Source: a virus
DNA: 6,730 bases
Reading direction: 5' to 3' (one strand)
IMG/VR virus record: IMGVR_UViG_3300020029_000091
Coordinates: 1-6,730 of that record
A program made the translations under genes and the position numbers. The notes beneath the pieces are model-generated. The model saw nothing but the letters and a program-made list of their open reading frames with translations, did not search any database and was not told the DNA's origin. Positions 1 to 6,052 of the stretch are shown piece by piece. Position 1 is the stretch's first letter, and each line of letters opens with the position of its first letter.

Positions 1-121
1 GCTGATTTTCTTGCGATTACTGCTCATTGTCGCAATCGTAACCCTATGTATAGTACTTATACGTATCGTGGTGCCAAGCATAAGTTGAGAATTCGTGGCC
101 TTGCATCACCTAAGGTAGAGA
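1..121. repeat. Left copy of the exact 121-nt terminal redundancy (identical to 6610-6730). It marks a circular genome of 6609 nt cut inside the Rep gene.
   Basis: Base-by-base comparison shows gctgattttcttgcgattactgctc...cctaaggtagaga at both ends. Reading frame 1 is continuous across the junction. Confidence 0.97.
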
Positions 122-951
122 CGTTTTCCTTTTCAGTAAACCGTGATTATTGGACTTCTTATGTACAGAAAGCTGATCTTTCGTTTCATGGAAAATACCC
201 CGGCCTCTCAGGTCGTATTCCTTATCTTTTACATGATGATGTAGCCCTCTATATGAAGCGCGTGAGAAAATATATATCTAAATTAGGAATAAATGAATCA
301 ATACACACATACATTGTGGGAGAGTACGGACCCAACTCTTTCCGCCCACATTTCCATCTCTTACTATTCTTTAACTCCGATGAACTCGCCCAGAATATTG
401 TCAGAATTGCAAATTCGTGTTGGCGATTTGGACGTGTCGATTGCTCTGCCTCGCGAGGCAGTGCTGAAGACTACGTTAGCGCGTATCTTAATAGCTTTAG
501 TTCTATCCCCTTACATATTCAGGAAATTCGTGCTATTCGGCCTTTCGCGAGATTTTCAAATAAGTTCGGATACTCTTTTTTCGAGTCTTCGATTAAGAAA
601 GCTCAATCGGGTGACTTCGATGAAATCCTTAATGGAAAGAGCTTGCCGTATAATGGCTTTAATACCACTATATTCCCATGGCGCACGATTATCGATACCT
701 GCTTTTATAGACCCGCTTTACGTAGACATAGCGATATTCATGAACTTACAGAGATATTACGATATGCTAGAAACTTTAAACAAAGACCCGCACTCCAGAA
801 GGCAACTTTGTTCCAGGCCCCCGGAATAATGTATGCATACTTACAGGACTTAGGCCCCTCTGCTGCGGCTAAGTTTATAGAATCTGACTATCCTTTGCAC
901 CGTATTCTCTCTTTCCTTAAGCTCGATTATACTAAAATAATGCAGGGATAA
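1..951 (+). CDS. VP4: Replication initiator protein (VP4-like), continuation of 6358..6609. It is 5'-partial only because of the linearisation point.
   Basis: The HUH motif RPHFHLLLF has its His codons at 349-357. Motif III, YVSAYL, carries two Tyr spaced Y-x3-Y (codons 472-474 and 484-486), as in phiX174 protein A (YVAKY). The frame is open from base 1, and the TAA stop is at 949-951. Confidence 0.93.
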   Translation, partial: ADFLAITAHCRNRNPMYSTYTYRGAKHKLRIRGLASPKVETFSFSVNRDYWTSYVQKADLSFHGKYPGLSGRIPYLLHDDVALYMKRVRKYISKLGINESIHTYIVGEYGPNSFRPHFHLLLFFNSDELAQNIVRIANSCWRFGRVDCSASRGSAEDYVSAYLNSFSSIPLHIQEIRAIRPFARFSNKFGYSFFESSIKKAQSGDFDEILNGKSLPYNGFNTTIFPWRTIIDTCFYRPALRRHSDIHELTEILRYARNFKQRPALQKATLFQAPGIMYAYLQDLGPSAAAKFIESDYPLHRILSFLKLDYTKIMQG

Positions 952-960
952 CCTTCTGAG

Positions 961-1347
961 GTGCGAAGCTTTCATTCTCGGTTGTATATGTTTCTTCGGC
1001 AATCTGAGCTATTTCTTAATGGAATTGGTTACACTCTGCTGTCAACACGAGTAGAATATTCGTTGATTAAGAAATCACTTGAAAACTCAATTAAATTTTA
1101 CAATGAAAGAGAAAGAAAAAGTCTCCAAGATCTATTCCATGATTCTGAAGCTTTTGAGAGCGATTGGTCGGATATTTTTTGGGATCGAAGGCAAGAAAAA
1201 GTCAGACGATTCGTAGATTCGGATTATGGAAATCTTTGCCGTGACAAACTTCACAGCGAGATTCGAAAGCGTATAAAACATAGAGAAATTAATGATGCTG
1301 TAGGTATATTCACTAAACAATCTTATAGAAATCATGGCGAAATATAA
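961..1347 (+). CDS. Hypothetical protein of 128 aa (119 aa if it starts at the first ATG, 988). It lies in the same frame as Rep, only 3 codons after the Rep TAA, so it may be a Rep C-terminal extension.
   Basis: A 131-codon open frame (952-1344) follows the TAA at 949-951 directly, and its codon usage resembles that of Rep. The ORF track starts it at GTG 961, and the first ATG is at 988. I recognise no motif in it. Confidence 0.6.
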   Translation: MRSFHSRLYMFLRQSELFLNGIGYTLLSTRVEYSLIKKSLENSIKFYNERERKSLQDLFHDSEAFESDWSDIFWDRRQEKVRRFVDSDYGNLCRDKLHSEIRKRIKHREINDAVGIFTKQSYRNHGEI

Positions 1348-1588
1348 AGTATATATTTATCAACACAATGCCGATACCTTTATCGAGGATCAGTATTTTT
1401 TAGTAGCTACGACTTTTGTTAACGCGCGTGATGTGGTCGATCTGACTAAAAAAATGAATATATTAAACAAAGTTTTTGATTATGCTTTTGATCCTTTGTA
1501 TTATACTGATTGTTATCTCGGAGACATCTTCCGAATGAATAGTTTACCATGCAGTGACAAACCAAAACAAACTAAAATTCCATTCTGA
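1334..1588 (+). CDS. Hypothetical small protein (84 aa).
   Basis: Its ATG overlaps the end of the preceding ORF (ATGGCGAAATATAA, 1334-1347). Its TGA overlaps the VP1 start (TGATG, 1586-1590), an arrangement typical of translational coupling. Third codon positions are T-rich, as in the structural genes. Confidence 0.6.
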   Translation: MAKYKVYIYQHNADTFIEDQYFLVATTFVNARDVVDLTKKMNILNKVFDYAFDPLYYTDCYLGDIFRMNSLPCSDKPKQTKIPF

Positions 1589-3438
1589 TGAGCTTATTCA
1601 ACATGTCAGCCGTGAAAAATCATCCCAGACGTTCCGGTTTTGACCTATCTAATAGAGTATGCTTCACTAGTAAGGCTGGTGAGCTGCTTCCTGTATTCTG
1701 GGATATCGTTTACCCCGGAGATTCTTTTAAAATTAAAACCCAGCTTTTCACCCGTACTCAGCCGCTAAATACAGCCGCCTATACCCGTATTCGTGAATAT
1801 CTGGACTTCTATTTTGTGCCTCTCCGTCTGATTAATAAGAATTTACCTACTGCCTTGATGCAGATGCAGGATAATCCTGTTCAGGCTACCGGATTATCTT
1901 CAAATAAGATTGTGACTACAGATATTCCTTGGATTCCCATTAGTGGTTCCGGTTATTCAAGTTTGAATGGTATTAATGCCCTTTATCACGGTAGTTCTGG
2001 GAATTTTTTTAATTTGCTTGGATTTAACTCATTGACTCAGTCAGCAAAGTTATTAATGTACCTTCGATATGGTAATTTTCTTCCGTCTGATGCTAATATA
2101 GCGAAATCAGCTAGTGTAGGTCTTTCAGCTTCTCTTGATCTTCGTAGTTCTGAAAATTCTTCTACCGGTTATACCTCGATGCACATTCTTCCTCTCGCTG
2201 CTTATCAAAAGGTTTATGCTGACTTTTTCCGTTTTACCCAGTGGGAAAAAAATCAGCCTTACACTTACAATTTTGATTGGTATTCTGGAGGAAATATTCT
2301 CAGTTCCCTGTCCTCTGCTGATCTTGCTAAAAAATATTACTCTGACGATAACCTTTTCACCCTTCGCTACGCCAATTGGCCAAAGGATATGTTCATGGGT
2401 ATAATGCCTGATTCTCAACTTGGTGAGGTGTCTATTGTTGATGCTTCCGGATCTGAAGGAACTTTTCCTGTTGGATTACTTGATGTGGATGATGGTACAA
2501 TCCGTGCTGGACTACTTGCTCGTAGTGGTTCTAGTCCTTCTGAATACTCTGCTTTGCAGATGCAGACTTCAAGCGTTCTTTCTGCTAATACTACATATGG
2601 CGTTTATGCACAGCGTGCTGCTGGATTGGCTTCCTCCTTTACTATTCTACAACTCCGTATGGCAGAAGCTGTACAAAAATATCGTGAAGTATCTCAGTTT
2701 GCTGATCAGGATGCTCGTGGTCAGATTATGGCGCATTTTGGTGTATCTTTAAGCCCTGTTCTTTCAGATAAGTGTGTTTATCTTGGAGGATCTAGTTCTA
2801 ATATCGATCTTTCGGAGGTAGTTAATACTAATATTACCGGTGACAATGTTGCTGAAATCGCTGGTAAAGGTGTTGGTACCGGTCAAGGAAGTTTTTCTGG
2901 TCAATTCGATGAGTATGGTATTATTATTGGTATTTATCATAATGTACCTCTCTTGGATTATGTGGTTACTGGACAACCTCAGAATCTTCTTTACACAAAT
3001 ACTGCTGATCTTCCTTTCCCGGAATTCGATAGCATCGGTATGCAAACCATCCAGTTTGGTCGTTTTGTAAATAGTAAAAGTGTTTCATGGACTTCTGGTG
3101 TAGATTATCGTATCCAAACTATGGGATATCTTCCCCGTTTCTTTGATGTGAAAACCCGTTACGATGAAGTTCTCGGTGCCTTTCGCTCGACTCTTAAGAA
3201 TTGGGTCGCTCCACTGGATCCTTCCTATGTTTCTAAATGGTTGCAATCTTCTGTAACTTCTTCTGGAGCGTTGGCTCTGAATCTTAACTATGGTTTCTTT
3301 AAGGTAAATCCCCGTGTTCTGGATAGTATCTTTAATGTTAAGTGTGATGATACAATCGATACCGATCAGTTTTTAACCGCCTTGTATATGGATATTAAAG
3401 CTGTCCGCAACTTCGATTATGATGGAATGCCTTATTAA
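1588..3438 (+). CDS. VP1: Major capsid protein VP1 (phiX174 F-protein family), 616 aa.
   Basis: The N-terminus reads MSLFNMSAVKNHPRRSGFDLSNRVCFTSKAGELLPVFWDIVYPGDSFKIKTQLFTRTQPLNTAAYTRIREYLDFYFVPLRL. That is the conserved microvirus capsid signature (GELLP...PGD...TRTQP...AAYTRIREY.DFYFVP). It is the longest ORF, with a strong bias to T at third codon positions. Confidence 0.95.
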   Translation: MSLFNMSAVKNHPRRSGFDLSNRVCFTSKAGELLPVFWDIVYPGDSFKIKTQLFTRTQPLNTAAYTRIREYLDFYFVPLRLINKNLPTALMQMQDNPVQATGLSSNKIVTTDIPWIPISGSGYSSLNGINALYHGSSGNFFNLLGFNSLTQSAKLLMYLRYGNFLPSDANIAKSASVGLSASLDLRSSENSSTGYTSMHILPLAAYQKVYADFFRFTQWEKNQPYTYNFDWYSGGNILSSLSSADLAKKYYSDDNLFTLRYANWPKDMFMGIMPDSQLGEVSIVDASGSEGTFPVGLLDVDDGTIRAGLLARSGSSPSEYSALQMQTSSVLSANTTYGVYAQRAAGLASSFTILQLRMAEAVQKYREVSQFADQDARGQIMAHFGVSLSPVLSDKCVYLGGSSSNIDLSEVVNTNITGDNVAEIAGKGVGTGQGSFSGQFDEYGIIIGIYHNVPLLDYVVTGQPQNLLYTNTADLPFPEFDSIGMQTIQFGRFVNSKSVSWTSGVDYRIQTMGYLPRFFDVKTRYDEVLGAFRSTLKNWVAPLDPSYVSKWLQSSVTSSGALALNLNYGFFKVNPRVLDSIFNVKCDDTIDTDQFLTALYMDIKAVRNFDYDGMPY

Positions 3439-3449
3439 TTTTTGTTATT

Positions 3450-3902
3450 ATGGAAAAAGAAAAAGAAAAAGATAAGATAATTGAAACTCCTGCGTTAGAT
3501 TCTGCTAGAGTTTTAAAGTCTGCGATTTATTGTCAGGTTGGTCCGGTTGAAATGCTTCGCTATGTAAAAGATGATGATGGAGTAATTCATTACGTTTCAG
3601 ATGTTAATCTCCTTATGAATGCTGAACGTCTTCGCAACCAGATTGGTGAAGAGTCGTACCTGAATCTTATTCGTGGAATACAGCCTAAAAAATCTCCGTA
3701 TGATAATAAATATACAGACGAACAATTGTTTACAGCAATTAAGTCCCGGTTTATACAAACTCCTTCCGAAGTCCTTGCTTGGATTGAATCCCTTGGATCA
3801 GCAGGAGACTCTATCCGCTCTGAGCTTGATGCACTCACGGAATCAGTACAACCCAATCAGCAGTCTGAGGCGACTGGTGATTCTGGAAAAGCTGCTGAAT
3901 AA
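3450..3902 (+). CDS. Small acidic protein of 150 aa, possibly an internal scaffolding (VP3-like) protein. The function is tentative.
   Basis: It sits between VP1 and VP2. Its size, acidic C-terminus and the segment DEQLFTAIKSRFIQTPSEVLAW resemble microvirus scaffold proteins. Its stop overlaps the VP2 start (TAATG, 3900-3904). Confidence 0.7.
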   Translation: MEKEKEKDKIIETPALDSARVLKSAIYCQVGPVEMLRYVKDDDGVIHYVSDVNLLMNAERLRNQIGEESYLNLIRGIQPKKSPYDNKYTDEQLFTAIKSRFIQTPSEVLAWIESLGSAGDSIRSELDALTESVQPNQQSEATGDSGKAAE

Positions 3903-5158
3903 TGCCAATTGATCCCGGAACGGCCACCCTTGCTACCGGTGGTCTTTCTCTTGTATCTGGTTTATTCGGTTCCGGAATGTCCAATAAGTCTGTAAAGCGT
4001 TCCATTAAAGCCGCTAAAGAGATCAATCAGATTAATAACGAATTCAACGCTTCGGAAGCATTGAAAAATCGTGATTTTCAAACCTCTGAACGCGAAGCCT
4101 CGCAACAATGGAATTTGGATCAATGGAATCGAGAAAACGCATATAACGATCCGTCTGCACAACGTGCCCGTATGGAAGCTGCCGGCTTTAATCCCTATAA
4201 CATGAATATAGATGCTGGATCTGCTTCTACTTCCGGTGCACAGTCGTCTCCCGGTTCTGGTTCTCAGGCCTCTGCTTCTCAGGTGCCTAGTCTTCCGGCT
4301 TATACCGGATATACTGCTGATTTTCAGAATATAGCCTCTGGTATAGCACAGATAGGTAGTGCTATTTCTAGTGGTATTGACGCCAGGCTAACGAGTGCTT
4401 ATGGAGATGATTTAATGAAGGCTGATATTATGTCGAAGATTGGAGGTAATTCTGAATGGCTTACCGATGTGTATAAACTAGGTCGACAGAACGAAGCACC
4501 TAACTTACTTGGAATCGATTTGCGTAAAAAGCGTCTGGAAAACCTCTCTGCTGAGACGGATATTAAAGTAGCCCTTGCTCAAGGTGCTCTTCTTGGACTC
4601 CAAGCTGAAGGTCAGAGAATAGTCAATAAATTTATGCCCGCTCAACAGCAGGCTGAATTTTTCTTGAAAACAGCCAATACCTTTGCTCAATATAAGGCCG
4701 GTAAGCTTTCAGAGGCTCAGGTAAAGACCCAGATCAAACAGCAGGCTCTTCTTGAAGCTCAGGCTGTTGGTCAGAAGCTTAGTAATAAGATGGCCGATAG
4801 ATTGGCTAATTATCAGTTTAGAGCTTTGGCTGCTGAGTATCGTGCTAATGCTGCTTATTACAATGGCTTCTACAATGACGCTTGGCAGGCTGGTATGTCT
4901 AAAGCTACTCAGGCTCGGTATGAATCTAATGCCGCTCGTATTGCTGCACAAATGTCCGAAGTCTTTAAAGATCGTGAAAAATCGTCTTGGAAGAACAATC
5001 CTACGTATTACAACATAATGGAACTTCTTAAAGACATTCTTGGACCCGTAGGTAATGCTGTTGGTACATTTTATTTAGGTGGTAAATTAGGAGCAGCCAA
5101 AAAAGCCAGCAAAGCTGCTTCTGGTTGGAGTTTATCCACTCCTAATCCCTATTATTAA
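3902..5158 (+). CDS. VP2: Minor capsid / DNA pilot protein VP2 (functional analogue of phiX174 H), 418 aa.
   Basis: It has a Gly-rich hydrophobic N-terminus (ATLATGGLSLVSGLFGSG) and the motif SAQRARMEAAGFNPY that is common in VP2 proteins. It also has a Ser/Gly linker, a long Ala/Gln-rich helical region resembling a coiled coil (AQQQAEFFLK...RALAAEYRANAAYY), and tandem stops TAATAA at 5156-5161. Confidence 0.85.
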   Translation: MPIDPGTATLATGGLSLVSGLFGSGMSNKSVKRSIKAAKEINQINNEFNASEALKNRDFQTSEREASQQWNLDQWNRENAYNDPSAQRARMEAAGFNPYNMNIDAGSASTSGAQSSPGSGSQASASQVPSLPAYTGYTADFQNIASGIAQIGSAISSGIDARLTSAYGDDLMKADIMSKIGGNSEWLTDVYKLGRQNEAPNLLGIDLRKKRLENLSAETDIKVALAQGALLGLQAEGQRIVNKFMPAQQQAEFFLKTANTFAQYKAGKLSEAQVKTQIKQQALLEAQAVGQKLSNKMADRLANYQFRALAAEYRANAAYYNGFYNDAWQAGMSKATQARYESNAARIAAQMSEVFKDREKSSWKNNPTYYNIMELLKDILGPVGNAVGTFYLGGKLGAAKKASKAASGWSLSTPNPYY

Positions 5159-5169
5159 TAATCTCCAAC

Positions 5170-5194
5170 CCCTTCCGGCTTATAGCTGGAAGGG
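5170..5194 (+). terminator. Stem-loop directly after VP2, a candidate transcription terminator.
   Basis: CCCTTCCGGC (5170-5179) pairs with GCTGGAAGGG (5185-5194). This gives 10 pairs including one G.T/U wobble, with loop TTATA. No strong T-tract follows, so terminator function is uncertain. Confidence 0.5.
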
Positions 5195-5197
5195 ATT

Positions 5198-5253
5198 CCT
5201 GACTCGATTAACATTTTAAAATGTTACTTACCCCTGACTCGATTAACATTTTA
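5198..5253. repeat. Two exact 21-bp direct repeats, CCTGACTCGATTAACATTTTA, at 5198-5218 and 5233-5253 (period 35 nt).
   Basis: Read directly from the sequence. A third partial copy of the core (TTTAACATTA) lies at 5262-5271. Confidence 0.95.
5209..5226. promoter_or_regulatory. 18-bp perfect palindrome TAACATTTTAAAATGTTA, overlapping the first 21-bp repeat. It is a candidate operator or protein-binding site.
   Basis: The sequence equals its own reverse complement. It lies in the intergenic region upstream of the promoter for 5331..5606. Confidence 0.6.
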
Positions 5254-5276
5254 TAATGCTATTTAACATTATATTC

Positions 5277-5307
5277 TTTGGAATTTCATAATAAAGTGCT
5301 ATCTTTG
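5277..5307 (+). promoter_or_regulatory. Bacteroidetes-type promoter with -33 TTTG and -7 TAnnTTTG.
   Basis: TTTG is at 5277-5280 and TATCTTTG at 5300-5307, with a 19-nt spacer. The ATG at 5331 lies 23 nt downstream. Both elements match the consensus known for Bacteroides sigma-A(Bfr) promoters. Confidence 0.6.
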
Positions 5308-5330
5308 TAATGTAATCAAAAACAAAGGAT

Positions 5331-5606
5331 ATGAAAACAAACAAATTATTTCGGGTTAATGTTGAGAAAGCTAATGCTATTTATTCAGTGTTTAAAACTT
5401 GTAATGTTTTTACATTATTGTTGGATGGCACTTTGCTTCCTGTCTATGATTTTAGTGGTAATAACGTTCGTTCGTCTTTGAATAGTCTTCGCAAGTATTA
5501 TCCTGATTCTGTAGTTAGGTATCATTTTAAGTCTTCTTTTTATGATCAGAATACTTTACCTACTCCTTTTCATTTAACTTATTCTGATTGTATTCTGTTC
5601 TTTTAG
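5331..5606 (+). CDS. Hypothetical protein (91 aa).
   Basis: It has its own promoter-like element upstream and a hairpin directly overlapping its TAG stop. Its codon usage is T3-rich, like the phage structural genes. I recognise no motif. Confidence 0.65.
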   Translation: MKTNKLFRVNVEKANAIYSVFKTCNVFTLLLDGTLLPVYDFSGNNVRSSLNSLRKYYPDSVVRYHFKSSFYDQNTLPTPFHLTYSDCILFF

Positions 5607-5623
5607 GGCTGTTTTTACAGCCC
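5606..5623 (+). terminator. Stem-loop resembling a Rho-independent terminator.
   Basis: GGGCTGT (5606-5612) pairs with ACAGCCC (5617-5623) around loop TTTT, followed by TTTAA. It starts at the last base of the TAG stop of 5331..5606. Confidence 0.6.
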
Positions 5624-5631
5624 TTTAACAC

Positions 5632-5644
5632 TGTCCGTAGGACA
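5632..5644 (+). other. Mini-hairpin TGTCC-GTA-GGACA (C-GNA-G type).
   Basis: 5-bp perfect stem with a GTA triloop closed by a C:G pair. Confidence 0.8.
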
Positions 5645-5665
5645 CCATTAACGCAGTGAGAGCGC

Positions 5666-5678
5666 CGGACGAAGTCCG
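5666..5678 (+). other. Mini-hairpin CGGAC-GAA-GTCCG (C-GAA-G type).
   Basis: 5-bp perfect stem with a GAA triloop closed by a C:G pair. Confidence 0.8.
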
Positions 5679-5691
5679 TGTCGCGGAATCG

Positions 5692-5801
5692 CGTAAACAT
5701 CCTAGCGCCCTTGAGTAATGCGCTTACTCTTGCGGCACTCTTGCTTTACATTATGTTAACTACGATCCACGCCGTCAACGAAGTTGACCCGTAAACATCC
5801 T
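5692..5801 (+). repeat. 12-nt exact direct repeat CGTAAACATCCT at 5692-5703 and 5790-5801. Each copy abuts the 3' side of a hairpin.
   Basis: The first copy overlaps the end of CGCG-GAAT-CGCG (5682-5693). The second follows GTCAAC-GAA-GTTGAC (5774-5788). The extended match is 14 of 16 (CGTAAACATCCTaGCG versus CGTAAACATCCTtACG). Confidence 0.85.
5774..5788 (+). other. Mini-hairpin GTCAAC-GAA-GTTGAC (C-GAA-G type).
   Basis: 6-bp perfect stem with a GAA triloop closed by a C:G pair. CGTAAACATCCT follows immediately. Confidence 0.8.
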
Positions 5802-5928
5802 TACGTCGTGTTCAGTCAAATTATGAAATCCACACTTTTGCCCGAATGGGAATCAGGTTTCTCCATTCCCTGATTCAACCTCTTAATCCTAAATATGCAA
5901 AAGTGACACTGAAATACCGTATTTTTAA

Positions 5929-5945
5929 TGGATTCGAAGAATCCA
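5929..5945 (+). other. Mini-hairpin TGGATTC-GAA-GAATCCA (C-GAA-G type).
   Basis: 7-bp perfect stem with a GAA triloop closed by a C:G pair. Confidence 0.8.
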
Positions 5946-6001
5946 ATGCGCGCTGGAGTGCTCGAGCTAGGCGAGCAAATAAAACAAAAGTTTTCCCGGG
6001 A

Positions 6002-6016
6002 GGACACGAAGTGTCC
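6002..6016 (+). other. Mini-hairpin GGACAC-GAA-GTGTCC (C-GAA-G type).
   Basis: 6-bp perfect stem with a GAA triloop closed by a C:G pair. It shares the GGAC/GTCC stem core with the hairpins at 5632 and 5666. Confidence 0.8.
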
Positions 6017-6052
6017 GACTCGCGAGCCGGTATCGCGAGAGCACAGCGAAGG

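Larger units (their letters stand above)
5624..6052 (+). other. Densely structured segment with no convincing ORF, richer in G+C and CpG than the rest of the genome. It is a candidate ssDNA-level functional element (complementary-strand origin / ssi-like) or an acquired non-autonomous element.
   Basis: No + strand ORF in the track starts before 5846. My hand counts of 60-nt blocks give about 57% (5641-5700), 47%, 48%, 52% (5941-6000) and 62% (6001-6050) G+C. Sampled VP1 blocks give about 37-40%. At least ten perfect stems lie in this segment, listed in the features below and in the findings. Confidence 0.7.

Noticed and set aside
949-951. Genome-wide reassignment of TAA as an explanation for the in-frame stop in Rep.
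   Set aside because: TAA is the terminator of VP1 (3436-3438), the 150-aa ORF, VP2 (tandem TAATAA) and ORFs 961..1347 and 6151..6345. No other gene shows an internal TAA, so only a site-specific event is plausible.
1585-1591. CTGATGA, the hammerhead ribozyme core heptamer.
   Set aside because: It is simply the overlapping stop/start TGATG at the VP1 junction. No stem II followed directly by GAAA, and no stems I or III, can be formed in the canonical arrangement.
3453-3480. (GAAAAA)x3 followed by (GATAA)x2 at the 5' end of the 150-aa ORF.
   Set aside because: It is a short in-frame low-complexity stretch encoding EKEKEKDKI. It is a multiple of three for the hexamer part, and nothing suggests a function beyond a charged N-terminal tail.
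3673-5018. + strand overlapping ORFs 3673..3912 (79 aa) and 4752..5018 (88 aa).
   Set aside because: Both are in the +1 frame of their host genes, the 150-aa ORF and VP2. This follows the same pattern as every other alternative-frame ORF here, so they are most simply a by-product of T-rich third codon positions. They have no independent start context.
5930-5944. GGATTCGAAGAATCC looks superficially like a tRNA T-arm (GGTTCGAATCC).
   Set aside because: It folds as a 6-7-bp stem with a 3-nt loop, not as a 5-bp stem with a 7-nt T-loop. No acceptor, D or anticodon arms can be built around it.
6024-6033. GAGCCGGTAT resembles the 5' strand of group II intron domain V (GAGCCGUAU...).
   Set aside because: The complementary 3' strand (...ACGGUUC) does not follow. 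There is no GUGYG 5' end, no reverse-transcriptase ORF and no other intron domains. The bases are instead explained by the local stem CTCGCGA/TCGCGAG.
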